From contig CM097886.1 of the NCBI GenBank assembly GCA_044892525.1, positions 129,518,001 through 129,582,000 on the forward strand: 64,000 bases of DNA, read 5' to 3'. Position 1 is the first letter of the stretch; every line of letters begins with the position of its first letter. Below are positions 24,116 through 36,224 of this stretch, in pieces. The notes beneath the pieces were generated by a model. It saw nothing but the letters and a program-made list of their open reading frames with translations. It had not been told where the DNA came from and searched no databases. The DNA comes from Schmidtea polychroa (Eukaryota). The translations under genes and the position numbers were made by a program.

Positions 24116-27100
24116 TCTATGGATTTCTTCATAAAGAAGCTATTTCCAAACGATTATCATAGAGGAGATGATGTTGAAACATTCATTAAAGAATGCGATA
24201 AATATTTTAAATGGGTACAAATGCCTGCTTCAAGACAAGAAGTGATGATCGAACTACTGATCGACAAACAGATCAGATATATATACAGGAGTTGACCAAA
24301 ATATCAAATGTTATAAGGAAAGATTGTGGAAAGCATTCGTCAAAAAAAGAAGTTTGGCAGAGGATTTCTAATCTGCTATGTCTTTTAGACAGACGAATGC
24401 GGAGCCCGATAAATATTTTACTATCATAGACGAGTTAGTCGATAAAATATTGGGGCATATGTTAAACAAGGAAGGTTTAGCAGAATATCTGCTGGTAAAC
24501 TGTGCACCCAAGAAGACAGAAGCGAGAATTGTGTCTAAGTGACACCAAAGGAACACCAGAGGTGAAGAAAAAAATCAAGAAGTTACATGAATCTCGTATA
24601 GTTGCAGAAGAGATCTATGAGTGAGAGAAAGAATGTCAAAAGAGAATATAACAAGAAGTTACAGAGACGCGTTTACAAATCAAGCAAGAAATATTGTATA
24701 ACCAAGATATAATAGCAAACCGAGAGAGTATCGAGAAGAAGGAAATAACAACGAATGCTGGACATGTCACAAGAGCATATATGCAGTATCGAAGCCAAAA
24801 TTGGGAAGACAATAACGGAGATGGAAGGATTTCAAAGTGCAAAGAATACTTTAAAGATAAATTACCCGATATTACAAAACATTAAAAAAAGAATCAAAAT
24901 ATTTTTATGGCTGATAAATGGGACATAGGTTACACAAAGCTGTTGAAGCATAATATAGAAACTCAAGGAAAATCGATGAATATTAAACCTTGGATACAAC
25001 CAGTCAACTAGGAAGGTAAAATAGATGAAGAGATAAAACACTTATGGGAAAACAATAATATCGAAAAGTGTAATTCGCCATGGAACACTCCATTAATATG
25101 CGTCTGGAAGAAAGAAAAGCAAGATATCAGATTATGCCTGGATTTCAGGCAAATGAACCTAGTAACAGAGAGACAGGCGTTCCCTATGACAAATATAGGA
25201 GAGATGCTAGATAAATTGGGTGGAGCAAAGTATTCCAGTTCAATAGATATTGGAAGTGCATATTATCAAGTAGAACTAGAAGATGAATCAAAGTTAAAAA
25301 CGGCGTTTTCAACCAAATCATGGAATAGCAGCGGCACCAGGTACGTTTCAGGAACTGATGGGAAAAGTATTAATGGGTACGAGATATGCAGCAGTATACC
25401 TAGACGATATTTTGATATTTACAGAAATGATCAATCATCACCACGAAGTTTTAAATGAAGTGCTGGACAAAATTGGAAAGGCGGCTCTTAGAATAAACAC
25501 TGAAAAGTGCCATATCTTTAAAGAGGAAGTCAAATATTTAGGTCATATAATGAACAAAGATGGAATACAGGCGGACCCATCAAAGCTAGACGCGATTAAA
25601 TCATTTGAAAAGCCAAAATGTCTTAAGAATCTGAGAAGCTTCCTAGGAATATGCAATTACTACAGAAGATTTATAAAGGATTACGCAAAAAACGCAAGAG
25701 TTTTAGAAAAGTTATGCGGGTTAAACAACAAAAAATTAATTTGGACTGACAGATGCAACATCGCATTCGAAAATATGAAAAATGCTTTAATGTCCTCAAC
25801 TATTCTAGGGTTTCCAGATTTCGAAAGAGATTTCATTCTGGATACTGATGCGAGTTTTGATAAGATTGGAGCTGTATTATCACAGAAAGACGAAAACGGG
25901 TGTGAAAAGGTTATAGCATACGGTTCTCATGCAATGAGCAATCATGAAAAGGAATATTGCATAACAAGGAAAGAGTTGCTGGCAATCTATTATTTTTGTC
26001 AACACTTCAATCATTATTTATATGGAAAACGCTCCATTTTGAGAACGGACCATAAAGCTATCACGTTTATGTTTTCCACAAAGAAACCAGTAACAACGCA
26101 ATTTCAGACATGGATTAACTACCTCAGAAGTCTTGATATTAAAATAGAGTATAGAAAAGGTACTGATCATGCAAAGGCACACAAATGTTTCTTGACACAC
26201 GAAGACGCGAAAGTGGAAAGAATAAAAACCCGAAGAATAAACAAGATGGAAAAAGCAAAAGATAATAAGTGGCAAAAAGATAATACAGAAATAGAACAAA
26301 TAAAAAAATAAATAGCACAGGGTTCAAGTGGAAATTTATACTGGTAGACAACGTGGTGGAAACTATTGAGGGTAAGATATGGATACCTAGAGACAAAAGA
26401 CAAGAAATGATAAAAAGTATGCATATTTTGCTATCACACGCAGGAGCCGAAAAAGTGACAAAATATCTAGCTGACAACTACGATATGGGAGACATAAAAG
26501 AATCAGTCAAAGAAACAATTGGACAATGCCAGGCTTGTCAAAGAACGAATGTTGTGACAACAAAGATGAAGGAAGAGACAATAAAACTGACAGCAGAGGA
26601 GCCGTAGGAGAAAGTTTACATTGATATATGTGGCCCATTACAGGAAACATTCAGAAAGAAAAGATATATAGTCCAATGATTTATCAATTTAGCAGATATA
26701 TCTCTCTGAGTGCTGTCGCTAAACAGGATGAGGAAACGGTGAAGGAAACAATACTACAAAAATGGATTCTTAGATTTGGAGCACCAATTCACACAGATTG
26801 TTGAAAAGTATTTGAATCTAAAACGATGAAAGATTTTACAAAATCAATGGGAATTACACTATGCTTTTCAAGTCCTTACTACCATAATACAAATGGTGTG
26901 ATAGAACGTCAATTTAGGACAATAGGAGACTATATAAATGCATCATTAAAAGAAAAAGGTAGAACAGATTGGGTAGAGATCATACCAGATATAGAATTTA
27001 CCATGAATGCAACATTTTAGAAATCAATTGTGCGAAGTCCCGCAGAAGTAATATTTGGAAGAAAAATAGCTCGAGAACAATTTCATAGTAAAGCGCGGAT

Positions 27101-27325
27101 TTCACAAAAAGAGGACACACGAGGAACAACGCAAACAAAAGGATCATTCAATATTGGAAATGAGGTTCTGGTAAAAGTAGAATCAAGAAAGAATCACGAA
27201 AGACAAGGAAAGATACGAAGGGCCATATAGAATAATGCAGAAGATCCATGATCGCCGATATTTGCTACAGGACCAAAGTGGGAAAATGCTTCAAAGAAAT
27301 GTTGAAAAGATGAAGAAATTTCTTA

Positions 27326-27658
27326 AAGAAGGGGTGATGTGAGGTGTTTTCAGCTGAGAATTAAATATTTCAATGATTTATTAAGATTAACTTTTAAAAT
27401 AATTATTAAATCGAATTTTTTAAATTGAAATTTTTAAATTAAAAAATTAAAAAATTTAAACAATCTTTTTATTAGTAAATCATTTTTAAATAAATGTATT
27501 TTAAATATGGAAATTTTAATAAATGGTTTTGAAAATATTTTATTCAACGCTGAAAATTTGTTTGAAAATTATACAATATTTCATAAAATAAATTATGACG
27601 TTAACTTTTGAACCGGATTTACAAAATAACTTAGAAGATGTGTTAGCAGCTTTTAATA
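27326..27658 (+). repeat. Polypurine tract and 3' LTR of the Gypsy element
   Basis: AAAGAAGGGG followed by TGATGTGAGG. GATGTGTTAGCAGCTTTTAATA (27637-27658) matches the 5' remnant GATGTGTCAGCAGCTTCTAATA (24083-24104). Confidence 0.7.
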
Positions 27659-28352
27659 AGATGCAAATGTTCGGCATCAATCGTTTTCATGTGTTGCAGT
27701 CGCAACTGAAGTTCCTCCCATGACTGAAAATTCACTAGATGTTCACAGCTTTTCTCGTGTCCTGATAGAATTGTGAAAATGTTTCACCAATCATGTGAAC
27801 CTTTATCAGAAAGAGATGACGCACCTAGTGTGATACTAATAAACAGATTTTATGTAAGTCAAATAAATGTTTTCAACATTTCATAATTTTCAATGTTTTT
27901 TTCAACAAGTTTAATAAAATAAAATTAGGTATGGCTTTTTTCATAACAAAGGAACTATAAATCGGTATCTACGTCATATGAGAAAAGTTACAAATGATTT
28001 AACATAATCGGAAATTAGGACAATTGTAATACATATTGGTATGATATGTGAAAGTTTCAAAGTTTGACGTGACTTTAATAATTTATTATATCTGCACGTA
28101 GAAATATTAGGTTAAATTAAGTTGCCTGTTAAATTCATAAAATGTTTATAAAAATTACTATTCTTAAGATTCTATTAATAAAAGAAATTTATGGATTTTT
28201 CTAATTTTATTGATACTTAGATGAAAATAGCTAATCCAATATTAATAATAAAATAAATATTAAAATCTAAAAAAATTATTTATGGTAAAAATAAGGAATA
28301 CATTTTCAATTAAATCAATGAATTACTTTATTATAAAATAAATATACATTAA

Positions 28353-29167
28353 CCCTTTCAATACTGTAGGGACATATTATCCCAGAAAATTTCTAATAAT
28401 TACTTAAATAATTTAAATGCCTATATGAGGAAGTTTTATGATGAAGAAATTTTTAAATTGAAAATTTTAAAAATTAAAGTTTAGATTAATTTTTAAAAAA
28501 ACAAAATAAGAAGATATTTTAATTAAAAATATCTTCGTAGAAAATTTGTTTAAATAAGAAAGATTAAAGAATATATAATTTGATTTTGATATTTATTGAA
28601 ATAAAATTTATGGAAACAAAAACTGATTTTAATGTTTTACAGGATGAACCTCCTAATAGCCTACAAATGCATTGGGATCTTGGATTTTAGTACTGTACGG
28701 TCATAGGCTCGTAAAGAAGTCCAAACCTGTCTGCTTTGTTGCTATTTGCTGTCTGCTATTTTTCTTTTCTATAAAATTTTGTCAGTATAGATGTTGCTAA
28801 CAAACCGTAGACACGTGTCACACTTATTACTAACTGTGTTTTTATATGTGCTGTGCTCGGAGTTGCCAGGTAAGCTATTTATAATTTTATTTTACTTATT
28901 AAATGCGCAGCAATAGTTTTTATGAGTTTTTTGATTTCCAAAAATAAAAATGGGACTTATATGTCCAAATAACGTTAACTATTTGGATATTATGTCCTAT
29001 CAGTATTGAATAACCTATATATTCAAAATTTTCGTTTTAGAATGGATAAACCTTTGTCATATCATTTATTTAAAATTTTTTTTTCCCGTCAAACTAAATT
29101 AGCAATAAATATTTGGTGTTATAAATATTACATGAATTATTAAAATAAAAAAATCGTATTGAAAGGG
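28353..29167. mobile_element. piggyBac-like non-autonomous element, 815 bp
   Basis: TTAA|CCCTTTCAATAC ... GTATTGAAAGGG|TTAA: perfect 12-bp TIRs and TTAA TSD. Confidence 0.85.
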
Positions 29168-29359
29168 TTAAGGTATAAAAATATTTTACAAGAAGTTTTA
29201 TATAGAGTAGAGATTGCAATGTCGGAATCCGGAATCCCTGAACTCCGATATTAGGAACTTTTTATCTAATACCGTAATTCCGATATTATAATTTTTAAAA
29301 TCGATATTGGTTAAATATGTTTATTGTAAAAAGATTTTTCAGTAAAATAGTAAATTTGT

Positions 29360-29790
29360 ATGTTAGTAAATATGTTAGACCTCAATATGAAACAGGTTAA
29401 CCAAGGCAGAAGAATTGCACCAACAAACTTTAGGCACTGCAAATGCTTACAAGAATCTGTATCACATGTCCTCAACATGTGCAAAGAGGTAATCGTATGC
29501 GTACGAACAAACATAATGAAATACGAAAATCTCTGGAAGATCTCCTTAAAAGCAAGAATATCAGCTTCGAAACAGAGACCAAATTCAAAGATGCCAAGGA
29601 AATGCTTAAACCTGATATAGTGGTAAAGACAAGGGAAAGAATATTTGTAATAGATATCAAGTGTCCATTCGACAAAAATGAAACCATTGAACTAGCCAAA
29701 AACAAGAACATGGACAAATATCGAAAGCTAGCTCAGGATATAAAAAAGGAGACCAGAATCTACACCAAATTGATTTACTACATGAAATTT
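29360..29790 (+). mobile_element. 3' fragment of an RLE-clade (R2/NeSL-like) non-LTR retrotransposon
   Basis: CCHC knuckle RHCKCLQESVSHVLNMC, then KHNEIRKSL..KPDIVV..VIDIKCPFD..KNMDKYRKLA (PD-(D/E)xK restriction-like endonuclease); one frameshift. Confidence 0.75.
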
Positions 29791-29946
29791 ACTTCAAAAA
29801 CAGGCCATCGTTGGATCATGTAGGCCAAATCAAAAATATTTATTTGTAGAGAGTTTTAATGTTTTTTCTCAAAATATTTTCAAAGTTTGATGTATTTAAA
29901 ATCAGATTTATTCAATTTTAACAATTATTAATACATTTCTTTAATA

Positions 29947-30143
29947 CAGTGTTTCTCAAACTATGGGTCGCGAAAGAATTTTTGGTGGGTCGCGATGACT
30001 AGAATAACTAGAGTTAAATAGAGTTATTCTCATTAAATAAACATTTATTTTAAAATTAATCTTTGTCATGTGGGTCGCAATAAAATTTTTGGCATGAAAT
30101 GTCAAAAATTTGGGTCGTGATCAAAAAAGTTTGAGAACCACTG
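29947..30143. mobile_element. 197-bp hAT (Charlie-like) MITE
   Basis: TIRs CAGTGTTTCTCAAAC / GTTTGAGAACCACTG; perfect 8-bp TSD CTTTAATA at 29939-29946 and 30144-30151. Confidence 0.92.
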
Positions 30144-30151
30144 CTTTAATA

Positions 30152-31273
30152 TATTAAATCGACTTTAAGAACCGCCCACCGCTGGATCAAATCAAGTTCA
30201 ACAACTTTTAAGAATCTAAAATTTTTATAAAAATTATGCAAGTCAAATTGAGTTTAAAAGTAGGAGGCCACTAACTCAAAGTTGATTTTTGAGAGTTCTT
30301 GACAAGGTAATTCGTCGATCAATGGCTCATTTCGGTGGGCTTTTATCAGGGTTTCCAGAAGTTTATTATCCAAGGTTCATTTTTAAGGGTTTTATGGACG
30401 GTCAATACAAAATTTATGTAACCGCGCAATCTTAATCAACATGTATTATAAATGTGTATGATAATTTTTTTGAACCTATCAACTTTATTGTTAAACTTAT
30501 TGTTAAACAAATTACAGCGATATAAAAGGGATTTTTTAATTCTTTGCAATACTATTTTTTAGTAATATTTACAATTTCCACGAACAGCATTCACAATAAA
30601 TTCAAGTAAATCATCAATAACAAATGATGGAAAAGCTTTCAAAATAGACATTCGTTTTGTATTTGAAACCTTTATCGAGGCATTAAAATATGGTAAAATT
30701 CGCTCAAATTTCATTATTACTAACATTATTTAACTGCTTGTATTGTTTATAATTTAATCTAATTCTTTTTAGTCTCTTATTCTTCTTTACAGTTGGTTTC
30801 TTACTACATTTATAATTAACTTTTTTGGAAAATTTTGGAACAACAGAGTTTTCAACCATTACTTTTTTAAATGCCATGATTAGTTTAATTAATGGTTTTA
30901 AATTTTGTTTATAAATCGGTACACCATTTACATTAAAAATATCAGTTCTAATACGAAAATAATCAAGACATTGTTGTGTAAAGTCAAAGAATAAATATCC
31001 ATAAGAAACTTTTGTTGCATCTTGGAATGATTCTATTAAATATTTTCTATTATTACGATTAGCTTGTCTTGCAAGAAAATCAATAATTGTTTGATCACGT
31101 GAATTTTTGAAAATAATCAAATATTGAAAATTTAAATTACGTTCCTTCCCTTTGATGGAACAAGTTTGAGTTATAAAATTAACTGTAACTCCTAAATGTC
31201 TTGCAGTTTTGGTAAATAAATTATTAAAATCCTTTTCTCTATTTGCTTCCTAATATAAATCATCGATAATAAT
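30152..31273 (-). mobile_element. Polinton fragment (type A): C-terminal half of a packaging ATPase, a basic ORF and a small conserved ORF
   Basis: Minus strand IIIDDLY*EANREKDFNNLFTKTARHLGVTVNFITQ..IIFKNSRDQ..FLARQ..ESFQDAT..YGYLFFDF..RIRTDIF (~31273-30900). Then MKFERILPYF..KRMSILKAF..LLEFIVNAVRGN from 30714, resembling the small basic Polinton protein. Stops and shifts present. Confidence 0.75.
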
Positions 31274-31674
31274 AGGTTAGGGTTAGGGTTACCGCAACGT
31301 GAATTACCATAAATTACCGGTCCGCAACGTGAGTTGAATAGGAGGAAAATAATGCCAGACTATTATTAAACTGTTTACCCCTCGTAAAATAAATCATATG
31401 AAATATTACAACAAAACTATAAGCGTAAATTTAAATAATGTGCATTTCTCTCTCTGGATTCTTTGGAACATGAATGATGTCCATTATATAAATTTAGTGG
31501 GGGACTTTTATATTTTTCTACTTAAACTTTATGAAAAGTATATTATGTTATACAAATATGGAGTTGTTGTTTAAAATTATTGAAATTTCAAAATTAAATA
31601 ATAAACAGCAAACAAAAACCAGTTAATATATCATCGGCTCAGTTTAATTTTAAATATATTGAAAAAAATTACTC

Positions 31675-34600
31675 ATGAGAATAATTCTGTGTTTTGGATT
31701 AATAATAGCTAGCTTCGTCATCAGTTTTGATTCGGCGAGCGGAAGTTTTTTCTGGGGCTATAAGGAAGGCCAATGGTTCAAGGGTCCCTCTAGATGGAAG
31801 GAGTTACCGAATGCGTAAGTGATGTTTCAATTTCTTGATAATATAAATGTTTCAATTTGATTCTCGCTTTTCTAGAAATTAATATTTTTAGTTGCTATTT
31901 TTATCAGGTATTTTTCACATTTTTGTGAATTACTGATTAATTATGAAATTTTTATGGAATATTTCAAACGTTTTTATGATAATGTTTGAAGGTATTTTTC
32001 ATGGAAATTTACTAAACATAGCAAGTCAGAGCATTATGGAAAAGAGAGTTCCGTATGAATGTTTTGTAATACTCAATGATATTGTCCTAGGTCCTGACTG
32101 TCTATTGAATCATATGAGCTTTTGTTGATCTTCATTGCCATCTTCATTGCCATCTTAAATATAAAAATGTCGTAATCAGATATAGTTCATAGTTTATATT
32201 TTAAATTCCAGTCCTTGTTCTTCTAATCACTAACATTATTTTATCTTTTCCCGTTAACATTTATTCTGTATTATCTTTCGGATGCAAATTCTAGTAATAT
32301 CCTAAATTCTATTTGCATTCAATTTTTAGCGTTAGTGTCACACATAATTAATTTTCCTAAAATATTTGTGCATTTAAAATCTTGGAAATTTTTAAATTAA
32401 AAAAATTGATTATTTATAAGTAAATATTTCTTTCTCTTGCACGCATAATTGTGCAGATTTCCCAGAAAGGATTGGGTGCGCACTGTCATGAAATATGTTC
32501 TGCCTAGAATTGTTAACTTTTTCATTTGAATTATTTCATGATGAGATATTTTTTTAAACACCTCATTATAACAAAATAAATAATTTTCAATTTTTTATGC
32601 ATAATTTTGAAAGATAAATAGAAAATAGTTATTATTTTTAAAATTGCTTGAGCTCTAGAATCCATGTCTTTTTTGTGGTCATTAGTGATATCTAATAGAG
32701 CTTGATAAATTTCTGACATATACATTTTCAGAGGTTTCAGGGCTTCTATCCGACTTTCCCATATAGTTGCAGAAAGTGGTTTTAGGGTTAAGTTTTTATC
32801 GTATTTTTTTAATACATCCCACCGTTTCACACTAATTGAAAAATAATTATATAGTTCTTGAATCACACTAAAAAAATTTCCTGTCTCAAATGAAATTTTA
32901 GCTGCATTGTTCACTACCAAATTTAATGAATGAGCAGCGTATGGAACGAAAGAAGCTCGTGAATTTATTTCAAGAATTTTTTGTTGAAGTCCATTATGTC
33001 TCCCACGCATATTAGCTCCGTTATCGTACGACTGTCCGCGTAAATCTGATATATTAATGTTCATTAATTTCAAATGGTTAATGATGAACTCGAATAAACC
33101 TACACCGGTTGTGTCAGCTACACTTTGGAATCCTAAAAAATGCTTCCGAATTTCTGCAACATTTCTCGATTTATTGTGATAAACAAATCTTATGACAATG
33201 GCTAACTGTTCAGTATGGCTTATGTCTGGTGTTGTATCAAAAATGATTGAATAATATTTTGAAGAGTGGAGCATTTCTAAAACCTTTTTCTTAATAGCAT
33301 CACTTATAATGCTAATTATTTCATTGTGAATCTGATCACCTAAATAATGACTAATATTCTTTTTCTCAAACGTTTGAACGCGATGTAAATGTTCAGACAT
33401 TATTGGATCTAATTTAGCTATGGTTTCTATTAATTTCAAAAAGTTTCCGTTGTCGTTTTGAAAAAGATTTTTAGATGAACCTCTAAATGCCAAGCATTGT
33501 CTTGATAAATACTGTATTATATGAATAATTCGTTCCACGACCGATTGCCAATATTTCTTTTCGGTTTCGTAGAGTCGTTGTACAATTGTACAATTTTCTT
33601 TTAGTGACATTCTCAATTCGCTATATTTTGAACTGTTTTTATGTGCCCAACACTAGTTTCGTGAACTATTAATATATGTGGCTTAAGTGTTGCCAATCAT
33701 TACAACCACTAGTAAGTTGTGTAGTATTGTCAGACATTAATTTGCAAAAGTAACAAAATACTGAATTTTGAGTTTTCGAATAAAGCAAATAACTCCTGCA
33801 AATTTTTCCCCGTTTGATAAAGTTCGATAATAATAATTATCAGAAAATTTACGTCCAGACTCATTTTTTGGGAAGTCTTTCAAAATTAATTGCTTAGGAT
33901 CATTTTCTATTAAACAATCTCTTAATTTTATATTAATTTGTTTGGCCAAGTAGCCGGATCGTTAAAATAAATTTTTTCGGAATCGGAATCGGTTTTATTA
34001 CTTTCTTTCGATTCGTTTTCTATTGTAGAGTTTGTGGATACACCAGAAGAACTGTGTGTTTCGAGATTCAGGTCTTGATTTTCTTCCGTTGCAGTCGTAG
34101 TAGGATTAATAGTTTTAATAGTGAATTTATCTAAAGAACCTGATAGCTTTTGTCGAGCGTCTTCTCGCTGAAGTCTATTTTTCTTATTTTGTGCGCCTGA
34201 TAATTTTGATTTTTTTCCGATTCCAGACATCTAAGGATTTTAAGTTAAAATTTATTATACATTGTAATTATTTAATATTGTTATTTAATATATAATTAGT
34301 TATTTAATATTGTAAATTATACTTACGTTGAAATTTTATAATGAATGCCTGATTAAAATCAATAAATATTTGATTTACACAGAAAACAAATGCAGTGGTG
34401 GTCTTGACTAGACGTAAATTTGCGTAAACTTGACTAAACGTAAACTTGACTATACGTAAATGTGAAATCCCGCGCGTCGCGGTGACGCCTTTATCGAACG
34501 AAGCTGAGCGATCTACACCGATCGCATCGCACGAAGTTACGAGCGCGCTTTCATAGCGTGGTAGAATAAGGTATACGTTGCGCCCGCGTTTCCAGTATCT

Positions 34601-34846
34601 CTCTAATAAATCCATATTTGTCACTTTTTCTTTTTTATCATTTAATTTTTTTATATTTAATTTTAATTTTTTTTATTTAGTGAGTTGGCGCCGATTGAAA
34701 GAGGCGCCTACCGGCGCCTTTTTCACTCAGCGCCCTTGTGCGGGGCACAACATTCATCGGGGAAAGGAGCAATATCGAATGATTTATATAATTGTCTTTG
34801 AACATTTATTATTCAAATTCTTCCATTTTACCGATTTTGTCGGTTA

Positions 34847-34930
<84 letters not shown>

Positions 34931-36224
34931 ATATATAAAAAATTTAAGGGTCCCCTCCATCGGAATTTTACTTTTTATTTATTATTTTTTTAAATTTTTT
35001 TATCATGTATTTTTTCTTATGTACTTATTGTTGTATATTACTTTGAAACGATTTATGCTATTATCTTTTATCATAGTTATGTAAACATAATAATAAACTG
35101 AATCTTACTCCTGTCCAAGAATACCCTGGATATTTATTTTAACATTAACCCCACGTTCTAACGGGGTTGGTGAAGCGAAGCGAACAGGGGCAGAGCCCCT
35201 AGTAATAGCCCCTTGTTATTATTATAATTATCATTAGTAGTATTATTCTGATTATGATTATGTAGAACATGTGGAGGCCAAAGGCAGTCTCCAATCGATA
35301 TCACACCAAAATTCACAATTTATGTAAAGGATTTGAAGTTGCCCATCATTTACAGAATAAACTCCACTAATGATTTTGTAACAATTGACAAACGTTTTTC
35401 ATCAAGTACAAAAATTGCTGTTTTACTCATCTTACATTTTATTTATTGAAGTTTATCTTAACTTTTATGAAAATTGGAAAATAACCTTTGGGGGATATGG
35501 TTGTTTGAAACCGGTTAAAGTCCATTGGCATTGGGGATCAAATAACTATATTGGATCTGAACATAGGCTGCAAGGTACCCAATTTCCAATGGAAGGTCAT
35601 CTAGTGAGCTATGACTGTGATCTTTATACTTCCTTCCAGGAAGCATCAGTTTCACCGAATGGCCTCCATGTAATTGGTTTCTTTTACAGGGTAAATGTGA
35701 ATAGAACAATTTTCTTCTATTTCATCATTGTTCAGATTGGGTTAGAAAACCCTGAGATAGAGAAGATAATTAGGGCTATCAAACCGAAAACGAAGTTAAA
35801 AGAGTTTTCTGTCAATGTCACAGAAATTCCTCCTAAAGATTTACTCCCAAGAGAACTGATGAACTACTATAGATATGAGGGGTCATTAACTACCCCTCCG
35901 TGTACTCAAAACGTTATTTGGACGGTGTTACGATCTGTACAAGATATCAGCGAAAATCAAGTAAAAAATAATGCTTATATTACATAAAAAGTACATAAAT
36001 CCTTTCAGCTGTCTGTTTTCCGACAATTACTTTTCGGATATCCCGAAATAGGAAACTTAGTAAACAATTTTCGGCCAGTTCTCCCAATCGAAAAGTCAAC
36101 TGATTATATACTCCGAGTTGTCTATGCATCTTTCAATCACAGTTCGAAACTTGCAAACAATTTCATCTTATCTGCATTTATTTTATTATTTACATCCATT
36201 TTCAATAATTATTTACAGAAATAA
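31675..36224 (+). CDS. Alpha-carbonic anhydrase CA2; join(31675..31814,35266..35405,35452..35690,35736..35960,36009..36224), 319 aa
   Basis: Same exon structure and motifs as CA1; open frame with GT-AG introns. Confidence 0.92.
32648..34751 (-). mobile_element. Truncated hAT transposase (ZMYM/DUF4371-type) inside CA2 intron 1
   Basis: ORF pieces at 34230-33928, 33949-33737 and 33616-32531: LSGAQNKK, CLAFRGS..NGNFLKLI, FDTTPDISHTEQLAIVIRFV, RGQSYDNGANMRG, AAHSLNLV, WESR. GCGCC-rich subterminal region at 34685-34750; C-terminal dimerisation domain absent. Confidence 0.88.
34927..35202 (+). mobile_element. Helitron-like element, duplicate of 5891-6149
   Basis: Same 5' TATATAAAAA, hairpins and CTAG end. 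Confidence 0.55.

Larger units (their letters stand above)
24083..27658 (+). mobile_element. Ty3/Gypsy LTR retrotransposon, decayed, with only the last 22 bp of the 5' LTR left
   Basis: gag MATTSMDFF.. with a CWTCHK knuckle; RT (CLDFRQMN, YLDDILIF, YLGH), RNaseH (ILDTDAS..IGAVL, TDHKA), integrase (HAG..C..C, YIDICGP, SPYYHNTNG.IER). Multiple stops and frameshifts; protease not seen. Confidence 0.92.
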
